A stretch of DNA of 64,000 nucleotides from Eledone cirrhosa (Eukaryota), in NCBI GenBank assembly GCA_964016885.1, contig OZ024743.1, positions 158,720,001 through 158,784,000 of the forward strand. Direction: 5' to 3'. The translations under genes were made by a program, and so were the position numbers. A model generated the notes under the pieces. That model ran no database searches, had not been told where the DNA came from, and saw nothing but the letters and a program-made list of their open reading frames with translations. Every line of letters begins with the position of its first letter. Position 1 is the stretch's first letter. Shown piece by piece: positions 10,237-19,202 of this stretch.

Positions 10237-13200
10237 ATGACCTCACTCAGAATAGGCAGCATAAATGCGCTTGGCTTGGGATCGTCATGGAAGCAGGGTC
10301 ACCTGCTCAACGACCTCAGGTCACTAAACATATATGTAGTGGCCATCAGCGAGACCAGAATCTCCGAAGCACGGGCCTTCGCATCGATCTTCGGCGGCTA
10401 CGATGTGTACGCATCTCCCAGCCGTCCTGGATCGGGTGGAGGAGTTGCTGTGCTTTTTCGGAGAGGTTTGGATCTCGCCATACGGGCCATCTTCCTGGAC
10501 CCAGAGGGTAAGCTGGTGGTGCTGGACGTGACCAGCGGAGACGGGCAAGCTTTCAGGCTAGTGGCCGTCTATGCCCCGACAGGAGCAGGGCGGCCTGATT
10601 TCTTCCGGCGTCTGGAGACCTTTCTTGGAACGTCCCGCTCTTTAGTGTTAGTGGGCGACTGGAACGGGATCTTAGATACACGCTGGGACTGTGTGGGATT
10701 AGCGGATAGGGGTGGAGGGTGCAAGAGCCTCACCAACCTGCTCAGGCGTTTTGAACTGTCTGACAGGTACCGATTGGATTTCCCGAATGTGCCAATGTGG
10801 ACTTGGACAAACCGCATAGGGTCATCCAGATCATATCTAGATAGAGTATTTTGTAGGGAAATAGATAGGTCTAGCATAGGCTGTCCACAATTCAAGATAG
10901 TTAGCTACACGGACCACAAATTCGTGACCTGTGTGCTTGACTTAGATAGGCTTCATAGACGAGGACCCGGCTACTGGAAGCTAAACGCGTCCTTACCAGC
11001 GCGCAAGGCCTACAGAGACCGGATTAGCGAACTAGTTAAGCGGGCGTTGACGGGGGCCATCGTCAACAACAAGTGGTGGTTTGCTCTGAAAAGAGCGATT
11101 AGAATAGAATCGATTAGGTTTAGTAAGGCTTTAGCAATAGAGAAAAATAGAGCAGAGGGAGAACTAGTTAGAAAATTAGACGAGGCGCTTACCAAAGGCA
11201 TTGCGACTGACGTGCTTGCGGCGAAATTGGCCCTTGACCAATTCTTCAATGCAAAGCACGAAGGCTGCGTTGTCAGAGCTAGGGTGCGTGCTCTCAGACA
11301 CGAGGGGACGAAAGCCGTTCAATGGGCCCGAGTGGCGGAGGCGCGTCGTGGCAACAAAGCCACGATCCGGTCTTTGGTGGACCACGACGGGCGCATGCTA
11401 CTCGATCCCGGGCAAATGTGTGAAGCTTTTCAGCGACACTTCGCTCAGCTGTTCGGGGGCAGCGGGGGGCCGGGTAGAGGGATGGACTTTAGTGTCTACC
11501 TCGACGGACTGCCGCGGCTCTCGGCCACTGAGGCGAAGTGTTGCGAAAAGCCGATAACAGCCGCTGAAGTAAGGGAGGCAATGACTGGCTGCACAAGGGG
11601 TAAATCGCCTGGTTTGGATGGTCTGCCCTATGAACTTTACGTACAGATGCCAGACTTGTTCGGAGGCCTCTTGGCGGACGTCTACTGCAACTGGCAACAG
11701 AACGGGAGAATTCCCAGTTCTGTGAGCCGAGGAGCGGTGGCACTGCTGAGAAAGGATCCGAACAAGGGGGATAACATAGACAATTTCCGGCCCATAACTC
11801 TGCTAAACACAGAGTTCAAGATTTTGGCCAAGGTGCTAGCAAAGAGGTTGGCGCTTGTCGTTGGTGGTCTGGTGGGAGAGGCGCAGACATGCGCCATTCC
11901 CGACAGATCCATCCACGACAACCTCCACCTCATGCGATACATCATAGAGAGGGTAGCTAAGGAACCTGGCACGGGTGGGTCCTTGATCAATTTAGATCAG
12001 TCGAAAGCTTTCGATAGGGTCGACCATCGTTACCTAGCGGCAGTCCTGAGGGCGGCTGGCTTTGTGCCCGTCTTCAGAGGCTGGATCGCTGCCATGCACA
12101 GCGACATCTGCTCTGTGGTGAGAGTGAACGGTCACCTGTCGGAACCGTTCAACATCATGCGCTCGGTCCGCCAAGGATGTCCCCTCTCGTCCCTCTTGTA
12201 CGTATTGACTCTCGAGCCATTACTGCACAAACTGGAGACGTTGAGGGGAGTCCCGCGCGAACTAGGATGCGGAAGATCCGTGTCAGAATATGCGGACGAT
12301 GTCACCGTAGTGGTGTCGAACGCCAAACACATCGAGGCGATCGGCACTACACTAAGAGAATACGATGCGGTGACAGGAGCAATGATCAACCAGGAAAAGT
12401 CGGTGGGCCTGCAGCTCGGCACCTGGAGAGGCAGGTCCATGCCGTCCAACAGCGTCGTCGAGCGCTGGACGGACGGACCGGTTAAATTGCTAGGGGTCTG
12501 GTTCGGTCCGGACCTCCAGACGGACAAAAACTGGGACGAGGTGACGAGCAGGGTGGCTTCTCTCACCCAGAAATGGGCCGAGAGGAAGCTATCCCTGAAA
12601 GGTCGAGCGGAGGTGGCTAACGCGTACATCGCGTCTGTCATCTGCTACCGCCTAACCGTCGTACCTTGTCCTAAGCCTCGCCTGACTGCGCTGGAGCGTT
12701 TGCTCTTTCGCTTTTTGTGGAAGGGACGTGCTCCGATGGTCAGGCGGTCCATCTGTTGTCAACACCCGCTACGTGGAGGGCTGGGCATGCCGTGGCTGAT
12801 GATGCGCAGGCACGCGCTCAGGCTACGACATCTCCACCTTTTCCTCGACGGTGATCAGGTGTGGTCGCCGTTTGCTAGACGCGTTTTTCCCCAGCTCGTT
12901 TCCTTGACGGAGCTGCAGTCCTGGGTCAAGCGAAGACCGAGAGGGAGCGCCTGGAGACTGGAATGTCTTCAGGCGCTCACAGCCCTCGACCAATCGGGCA
13001 ATGTGATCGGTGGAAACTCCACCTCGGCGTTCTGTAGAGGATTAGTGGAGGGGAAGAGCGACGACGTACTTGGGGAAACTCTAGGCGTCGACGAAAATCA
13101 ACTAGCCAATCTCTTCGGAAGAACTTTCGGGCCAGGGCCTATGGACAACTTCCAGAAATCTCTGGCCTGGCAGTGCTACCGAGGAGCCTTGCCAGTTCGG

Positions 13201-13656
13201 GATAAACTCTACAGGCATGGAGGTGCCGTCAGCCGGGCATGTCCGAAATGCGCGCAGGGCGACGAAACCGTCCTGCACGCACTCGTCCAGTGTCCGAAAA
13301 TTGCTGACTTGTGGGTTTATGTCGAACACCTGCTGTCGCGTTTAGGACGGATCCGGCTATCATCTGAGTCCATCGTGAGGATTGCCCCGCCCTCCTCCTT
13401 TAGCCGGGAAGGGCAGGCAGTTTTTATCTGTCTGGTTGCCATGGCGAAAGAGATAGTATGGTGGACACGTTTGAAAGGGCTGAAGACGAGCACTTACCTC
13501 TTCGGTGATGCTCTGATTGACTTTTTCAAATTTCATTTGAAAAGGAAAATCAGAGTAGAGAGGGAAGTGCTCTCTTCCCAGCATTTTGTTGAAAGATGGG
13601 TGAGAGAAGCAAGAATGGCCCGAGTGAATGGGCCTACTCTGAGTATATATCTGTAA
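10237..13656 (+). CDS. LINE ORF2: apurinic-like endonuclease + reverse transcriptase + C-terminal zinc finger
   Basis: 1139 aa; ISETR, VYAP, GDWN, LDRVF, TDH (APE); SPGLDG, FRPITLLN, KAFDRV, RQGCPLS, YADD (RT); CPKC..ETVLHALVQC. Confidence 0.96.
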   Translation: MTSLRIGSINALGLGSSWKQGHLLNDLRSLNIYVVAISETRISEARAFASIFGGYDVYASPSRPGSGGGVAVLFRRGLDLAIRAIFLDPEGKLVVLDVTSGDGQAFRLVAVYAPTGAGRPDFFRRLETFLGTSRSLVLVGDWNGILDTRWDCVGLADRGGGCKSLTNLLRRFELSDRYRLDFPNVPMWTWTNRIGSSRSYLDRVFCREIDRSSIGCPQFKIVSYTDHKFVTCVLDLDRLHRRGPGYWKLNASLPARKAYRDRISELVKRALTGAIVNNKWWFALKRAIRIESIRFSKALAIEKNRAEGELVRKLDEALTKGIATDVLAAKLALDQFFNAKHEGCVVRARVRALRHEGTKAVQWARVAEARRGNKATIRSLVDHDGRMLLDPGQMCEAFQRHFAQLFGGSGGPGRGMDFSVYLDGLPRLSATEAKCCEKPITAAEVREAMTGCTRGKSPGLDGLPYELYVQMPDLFGGLLADVYCNWQQNGRIPSSVSRGAVALLRKDPNKGDNIDNFRPITLLNTEFKILAKVLAKRLALVVGGLVGEAQTCAIPDRSIHDNLHLMRYIIERVAKEPGTGGSLINLDQSKAFDRVDHRYLAAVLRAAGFVPVFRGWIAAMHSDICSVVRVNGHLSEPFNIMRSVRQGCPLSSLLYVLTLEPLLHKLETLRGVPRELGCGRSVSEYADDVTVVVSNAKHIEAIGTTLREYDAVTGAMINQEKSVGLQLGTWRGRSMPSNSVVERWTDGPVKLLGVWFGPDLQTDKNWDEVTSRVASLTQKWAERKLSLKGRAEVANAYIASVICYRLTVVPCPKPRLTALERLLFRFLWKGRAPMVRRSICCQHPLRGGLGMPWLMMRRHALRLRHLHLFLDGDQVWSPFARRVFPQLVSLTELQSWVKRRPRGSAWRLECLQALTALDQSGNVIGGNSTSAFCRGLVEGKSDDVLGETLGVDENQLANLFGRTFGPGPMDNFQKSLAWQCYRGALPVRDKLYRHGGAVSRACPKCAQGDETVLHALVQCPKIADLWVYVEHLLSRLGRIRLSSESIVRIAPPSSFSREGQAVFICLVAMAKEIVWWTRLKGLKTSTYLFGDALIDFFKFHLKRKIRVEREVLSSQHFVERWVREARMARVNGPTLSIYL

Positions 13657-13917
13657 ATTAAAGGTGGAAAACTGGGAGAGGGCACTTGCCTTGGTGGTCA
13701 GGGTCATTGTGACTTTTTACTGGGCTTTCTCCACAAATGTCCCTCCGAAGTCTCCCCCTATTGGGGATTTTTTCTTTGTTATTTTCATTGTTATTTTTGT
13801 TACATCCTCTGTCTTTGTTTTTTACACGCAGAAATGCCCATTTGTACCGTCCTGCATTGTCCAGCACTGTCCTTAATGTCTACTTTATGTGAACCCTTGT
13901 GGTTAATAAAGAAAACA

Positions 13918-13955
13918 TTATTATTATTATTATTATTATTATTGTTATTGTTATT
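13918..13955. repeat. (TTA)n tract shared by convergent Tx1 and Dong-like 3' ends
   Basis: Directly visible; equivalent tracts at 7839-7874, 19145-19202, 24018-24082, 24185-24201, 29965-29990, 49164-49179, 51658-51720. Confidence 0.95.
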
Positions 13956-14029
13956 CCTTGAATCTCAGTCATTGATGTTGGTTAACTGGAAAGTCCGTTG
14001 GATTGAATATCAAGCCACTACCTGCAGCC

Positions 14030-17000
14030 TCAGATATTCAGGACGTATCGGAGGGTTCTTGCCGTTCCAAGCAAGCATGCCTTTTGAAGCGTTCCAAAAA
14101 GCGTGAAGGGGCCGATTTTCTTTAACCATCCCTGGAAACCTTTGGAGATAGTCCCCAGTGCGCCTATGACAATCGGGATCACTTTGACTTCATGGCAGTT
14201 CCAAATCCTTTTCACCTCCCACTTTAGGTCCTGGTATCGGTTAATTTTCTCCCTCTCCTTCTCTTGCACTCTCGTGTCGAACGGGCAGGCCACATCCACA
14301 ATCAGGCACGATCTTTTTTCTTTGTCCACAACCACCAGGTCAGGTCTATTGTGTTCCAGTTTTTTGTCCGTCTGTATCCTAAAATCCCACAGCACCTTCA
14401 CCTGACTGTTCTCCATCACCGCCTCTGGCCTATGCTCATACCATTTCTCAGAGTGTGGTAGATTGTTTACTTTGCACAGGTGCCAGTGGATCACCCTGCT
14501 CATCACATCGTGTCTCCAGCCCTTATAGTGGGTCTGGGCTAGGTGTTTACACTCGGACACAATGTGAGCCACAGTCTCCTCTCTCTCTCCACAGATCCTG
14601 CACAGTGGGCTAGCCTCCTCCTTGTAGATATGGTGCTTCAACCACTTCGTTTTGAGGGCCTGCTCCTGCGCAGCCATTAGCATTCCTTCTGTAGCCTTTT
14701 TGAGGTCTCCTCTTCTCAACCAGTTCCATGTCTGTGGATCTCTAAATTCAGTTTTCTCAAAGAAGGTACTATGAAGGGATTTTCCCTTAAGGCTGCTCTT
14801 CCTCCTTGATGTTATTTCCTCCTTGGGTATCCCCTGGCCTACTGTCCCCTCCTTCAGTACAGCTCTGAGCATTGGCTCCTTACTATAGGTCACGTATTTG
14901 TATAGGTTGTTTTTCTCCATCTGAACACAGTCCTCTATGCTGATAAGACCTCTTCCACCCTCAGATCTCCTTAGGTAGAGTCTATCGACATCACTCCTCT
15001 TGTGGAACATGTTGTAGATAGTCAATAGCTTCCTAGTCTTCCTATCCATTTCTTTTTGTTCAGCAACATTCCATCTCAGGATTCCCGCACTGTACCTAAT
15101 AATAGACACAGCTCGGGAATTTACTGCGCTTATGGCATTTCTGCTGTTCAGATGTGACTTCAATACGCTCCTTACTCTCCGAATGTATTCAGTTCTTAAC
15201 AATTCCTTCATTTTTTTGTTCTTTATGCCATCAGCCTCCAGAACGCCCAAATACTTGTATCCTTCCTCAGAGTCAATTTCCTTTATCATCTCACCTGTTG
15301 GTATCTGGATCCCGTTACTTCTGCTCAACCTACCCCTCCTCATCACAATGACTCCACATTTACCAATACCAAACTGCATACATATATCACTGCTGAAAAT
15401 ACGGACAGTGTCAACAAGCACATCCAACTCCTTCTCACTTTTCCCGAAGAGCTTAAGATCGTCCATGAAGAGGAGGTGATTGATGGTAAGCTCTCCCCTT
15501 CCCAACTTGTATCCTGCTCTCACTTTTCGCAGCATAATGGTCAAGGGCATCAGGGCAAGGACAAACAACAGAGGGGACAGGCTATCTCCCTGGAAGATAC
15601 CTCTCTTGATCTTCACGCTTCCCAAGGATACTCCAGTTGATGTCAACTCTGTCTCCAAGGACCCCATACTCCTGCCCAGCAACTGTCTGATGTTATCTGC
15701 CACCCTGAAGATCTCCAGGCTTTTGGTGATCCAGGAATGAGGCACCATGTCAAATGCCTTTCTGTAGTCTATCCATCCCATGGCAAGATCAGTGTGTCTC
15801 CTCCTGCAATTCCCCATTACCATCTTATCAATAAGCAACTGGTCCTTTGTACCACGTGACTTCTTTCGGCATCCTTTCTGTTCGTCCGGCAACAAGTTGT
15901 TTGTGTGGAGGTGATGGTAGATTTCCTCAGACACAATGCTCGTCAACAGTTTCCACATTACGAACAGACATGTGATAGGTCTATAGTTGGTAACATCATT
16001 ACCCTTGATTCGGTCTTTCATTATCAGAACTGTGGTACCTTTTGTCAACCACTCTGGCACCTCACCCGACACCAAGCAGTCATTGAACATGGCCGTCAGC
16101 TTCGGGTGGAGGGATGTTAAATGTTTAATCCAATACCCCTGCACACCATCTGGGCCTGGTGATTTCCAGTTGGTTAGTTTTTTGGCTTGCCCCTTAAGAG
16201 TTTCAACTGTGATACTCAAATCAGTCTGTTGCTGTGCCTGCTCACCGATCTCCCTCTGTACTGTCTCAATCCACCCTGCCTGGGCATTGTGTCTAACATC
16301 CTGCTCCCATATTCCTCTCCAGAATGTTTTAGCTTGTTCCGCCCCAGGGATCAAGTCGTTGCCTCTTTCTTTCCCCTCAAGCTGTCCAAACAGCATCTTC
16401 TGGTTGTTGTCGAACATGCGGTTCTGTTTATACTGACTGACTCTGTTCTCGTATCGCCTGATTTTGGCACTCTTTGCTACAATGCGTTGCTTCAATTCCT
16501 CTATGATAATATTTAGCTTTTTACTCCTAGTTTTGTATTTTATTTCCAGTCTATTTTTAGTGCCTATGTTTTTTAGTGTCCCATTCAGTAGTGACTCAAG
16601 CTTTCCTATGTCATTTCTCATTTCCCCGATTTGCCCACTCAGTCGCTTCCTCCACCACAGCTCTGCTCTTTCTTGTCTGTTGTTTCCTCTCGCTTTTATA
16701 CCAAGTAGTTTCCTCACCGTATTTGCTGTTGCTTTGAGGATATTGTTGCACTGGTGAAGACTCCTCGCCTCAAGGTATGGGATGACTTTGTTTACCTTAG
16801 CTGTTGTTTCTTTTAACTTTTTCCTGTCTACAAATCTTAGGTTCATAGGTCTCCCACTATCATTGTTCAACTCATCTACCACTAAATTTAGGATGTCAAC
16901 CGAATCTTGTCCTAGCCCGTCAGCATTCATCTCCTCAGTGGCCGTATCTCTGTTCCAGGTATTATTTATCTCAGTATTCAGATCATTGTCTGCTTCGGGT

Positions 17001-17422
17001 GGTTCCTCCGTTCTCAGGACCTCCTCACCTTCATTTCCCGCCGGCTCGCTTGTCTGGCATACTACACCCGCCATCTCCAAGCCATTCTCTCTGCTCAGTT
17101 CCTCCAGTTCCAGCTCGCTTATCCACCCATTAGTTCTTATTACCCGAGCCTGCCCGGCCAATTTTTGTTCATCTAATTTAAATAAACCAATCTCGTTCCA
17201 GATGTTATGCATCCGTCTCCTGTAGCCCCTCTCCTTGGGGTTACTTTTCAGGTAGCATTGCATAACAGTTCTATTCAATTCTTTCGTCCAGTTGGTTCTG
17301 GCCCCTTTCCTTCTTCTTCTTCCTCCAACATCAGCAGTATTTGGTTGACAGTCAGGTTCCTGCTGCTGAGCCAGGGGGCACCTGTTGGGTGAGAGTCTGT
17401 CACATGACGTTCTAGTCTCCAT
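14030..17422 (-). CDS. RT + zinc knuckle + restriction-like endonuclease polyprotein (R4/Dong-like)
   Basis: 1130 aa; SPGPDG, NYRPITCL, EQKGC, DYRKAFD, GIFQGDSLSP, FMDD; CRIC..ETVAHIVSEC; RHD; RPD..D..K(INRY) RLE motif. Confidence 0.94.
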   Translation of the reverse strand: METRTSCDRLSPNRCPLAQQQEPDCQPNTADVGGRRRRKGARTNWTKELNRTVMQCYLKSNPKERGYRRRMHNIWNEIGLFKLDEQKLAGQARVIRTNGWISELELEELSRENGLEMAGVVCQTSEPAGNEGEEVLRTEEPPEADNDLNTEINNTWNRDTATEEMNADGLGQDSVDILNLVVDELNNDSGRPMNLRFVDRKKLKETTAKVNKVIPYLEARSLHQCNNILKATANTVRKLLGIKARGNNRQERAELWWRKRLSGQIGEMRNDIGKLESLLNGTLKNIGTKNRLEIKYKTRSKKLNIIIEELKQRIVAKSAKIRRYENRVSQYKQNRMFDNNQKMLFGQLEGKERGNDLIPGAEQAKTFWRGIWEQDVRHNAQAGWIETVQREIGEQAQQQTDLSITVETLKGQAKKLTNWKSPGPDGVQGYWIKHLTSLHPKLTAMFNDCLVSGEVPEWLTKGTTVLIMKDRIKGNDVTNYRPITCLFVMWKLLTSIVSEEIYHHLHTNNLLPDEQKGCRKKSRGTKDQLLIDKMVMGNCRRRHTDLAMGWIDYRKAFDMVPHSWITKSLEIFRVADNIRQLLGRSMGSLETELTSTGVSLGSVKIKRGIFQGDSLSPLLFVLALMPLTIMLRKVRAGYKLGRGELTINHLLFMDDLKLFGKSEKELDVLVDTVRIFSSDICMQFGIGKCGVIVMRRGRLSRSNGIQIPTGEMIKEIDSEEGYKYLGVLEADGIKNKKMKELLRTEYIRRVRSVLKSHLNSRNAISAVNSRAVSIIRYSAGILRWNVAEQKEMDRKTRKLLTIYNMFHKRSDVDRLYLRRSEGGRGLISIEDCVQMEKNNLYKYVTYSKEPMLRAVLKEGTVGQGIPKEEITSRRKSSLKGKSLHSTFFEKTEFRDPQTWNWLRRGDLKKATEGMLMAAQEQALKTKWLKHHIYKEEASPLCRICGEREETVAHIVSECKHLAQTHYKGWRHDVMSRVIHWHLCKVNNLPHSEKWYEHRPEAVMENSQVKVLWDFRIQTDKKLEHNRPDLVVVDKEKRSCLIVDVACPFDTRVQEKEREKINRYQDLKWEVKRIWNCHEVKVIPIVIGALGTISKGFQGWLKKIGPFTLFGTLQKACLLGTARTLRYVLNI

Positions 17423-17995
17423 TTCACCGTTATTCGAACTGTTTATGTTCGATATTTAAACACTCTTATCGAGGATTGGCGAATGTATGTTTACATAGCC
17501 ATCTGTGGATCCGCCATCCCACTTGGCCCTTGTGTGGCATTATCACCACGCTGTATACGGACACACATAAACAAACAAACACACGGGCAGAAAGGGCCCC
17601 AAAAATGAATAAGCATAAGTTTTATTGTAATGTAGTATTCGAATGTCTGACTTAGTTTTTGTTTTTTAAGTTTTACTTTCCCCCCCCCTCTTCTCTGTCC
17701 GTCCGCCTGCTTCTCTCTTCATTCTTATTTTCTTTACGTTTTGGGGGTTTCTTTTTTTGTTTTTGTTTTTCTCTGTTTTTCTCGTTTTTTACTGTTGTTG
17801 TTGCTGTGCTGCTTTTGTTGTTTGTTTTTTCTTTTTTCTTTTGAGTCTATCTATATATTTTGATGCCTTCCTCTTTGTTAGTAGTAGGAATTCTATAATG
17901 TGGAAGTGGTAGCCAGCAGAGATTGGCGGCGTTGGCGATACTGAGACAGTGGTGGTGGTGATGTCGGTACCGAGGCAGTGGTGGCGGTGATGCGA

Positions 17996-18978
17996 CCGTA
18001 TTACTGTAGTGATGGTGCTGTAGCGGTGGCAGCAGCAGTGAAGGAGTCAGGGGGTGGTGGCGGCGGTGATGGGATAGTGGTGGTAATGATGGCCGTAGTG
18101 AGCGGTGGCGGTGACGGTGAAAATGCTGTTGTGTTTAGTGTACACAGATGATGGGGTGGGTGGTGTATCTAGTTTCTGGTGTTGGTGAGTTTCGCTGTCC
18201 TATATAGTGTAGCCAGAGGAGAGGAGGGGGGGGGGGTTCTTCTTCTTCCATTTATAGCCATTTTATTTTTTTTGGGGGGGGGGATATACAGTGTACAATA
18301 CAAAGTTGAATATTTGAATATTTGAGCCGTATTACTGTAGTGATGGTGCTGTAGCGGTGGCAGCAGCAGTGAAGGAGTCAAGGGGTGGTGGCGGCGGTGA
18401 TGGGGTAGTGGTGGTAATGATGGCCGTAGTGAGCGGTGGCGGTGAAGGTGAAAATGCTGTTGTGTTTAGTGTACACAGATGATGGGGTGGGTGGTGTATC
18501 TAGTTTCTGGTGTTGGTGAGTTTCGCTGTCCTATATAGTGTAGCCAGAGGAGAGGAGGGGGGGGGGGTTCTTCTTCTTCCATTTATAGCCATTTTATTTT
18601 TTTTTTTTTTTTTGGATATACAGTGTACAATACAAAGTTGAATATTTGAATATTTGAGCCGTATTACTGTAGTGATGGTGCTGTAGCGGTGGCAGCAGCA
18701 GTGAAGGAGTCAAGGGGTGGTGGCGGCGGTGATGGGATAGTGGTGGTAATGATGGCCGTAGTGAGCGGTGGCGGTGAAGGTGAAAATGCTGTTGTGTTTA
18801 GTGTACACAGATGATGGGGTGGGTGGTGTATCTAGTTTCTGGTGTTGGTGAGTTTCGCTGTCCTATATAGTGTAGCCAGAGGAGAGGAGGGGGGGGGGTT
18901 CTTCTTCTTCCATTTATAGCCATTTTTTTTTGGATATACAGTGTACAATACAAAGTTGAATATTTGAATATTTGAGCC
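17996..18978. repeat. Three tandem ~330-bp monomers in the B1 5'UTR
   Basis: ccgtattactgtagtgatggtgctgtagcggtggcagc starts at ~17996, ~18328 and ~18659, each unit ending gaatatttgag. Confidence 0.93.
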
Positions 18979-19144
18979 TTATAACAATATATTTTGGGTC
19001 CGAATTTTTTTGGGGCTCAAGCCGGGTGCTTTACGTAGCATTTGTACTAAGAGTTGTTATTTCACAAATGATTTAAATATGTTAAAAATTCAAAACTTAC
19101 GGGAGCGATTTCATGACCTCCGTCACCTCGTGCGTCTTCTTCCC

Positions 19145-19202
<58 letters not shown>

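Larger units (their letters stand above)
7875..13917 (+). mobile_element. Tx1/L1-clade LINE copy 2, full-length with two open ORFs
   Basis: Starts right after (TAT)n; ORF1 8090-10201, ORF2 10237-13656; 3'UTR with aataaa then (TTA)n. Confidence 0.95.
13956..19144 (-). mobile_element. R4/Dong-like RLE non-LTR retrotransposon copy B1, full-length
   Basis: Single long ORF, short 3'UTR, ~1.7 kb 5'UTR, (TAA)n on both sides as described for Dong-type elements. Confidence 0.88.

Noticed and set aside
8195-13329. Many antisense and alternate-frame ORFs overlapping LINE ORFs (also in the other copies)
   Set aside because: Shadow ORFs of GC-rich or low-complexity coding sequence; no independent motifs
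17500-17560. Pistol/twister-like look of cgtggtgataatgccac on -
   Set aside because: Only one hairpin; pseudoknot partner and conserved core not found
18980-19144. HDV-like ribozyme at the 5' end of the Dong-like elements
   Set aside because: Plausible for RLE elements, but I could not build the nested P1/P2/P3/P1.1 fold here, or near the ATG where tcctcg occurs (~17470)
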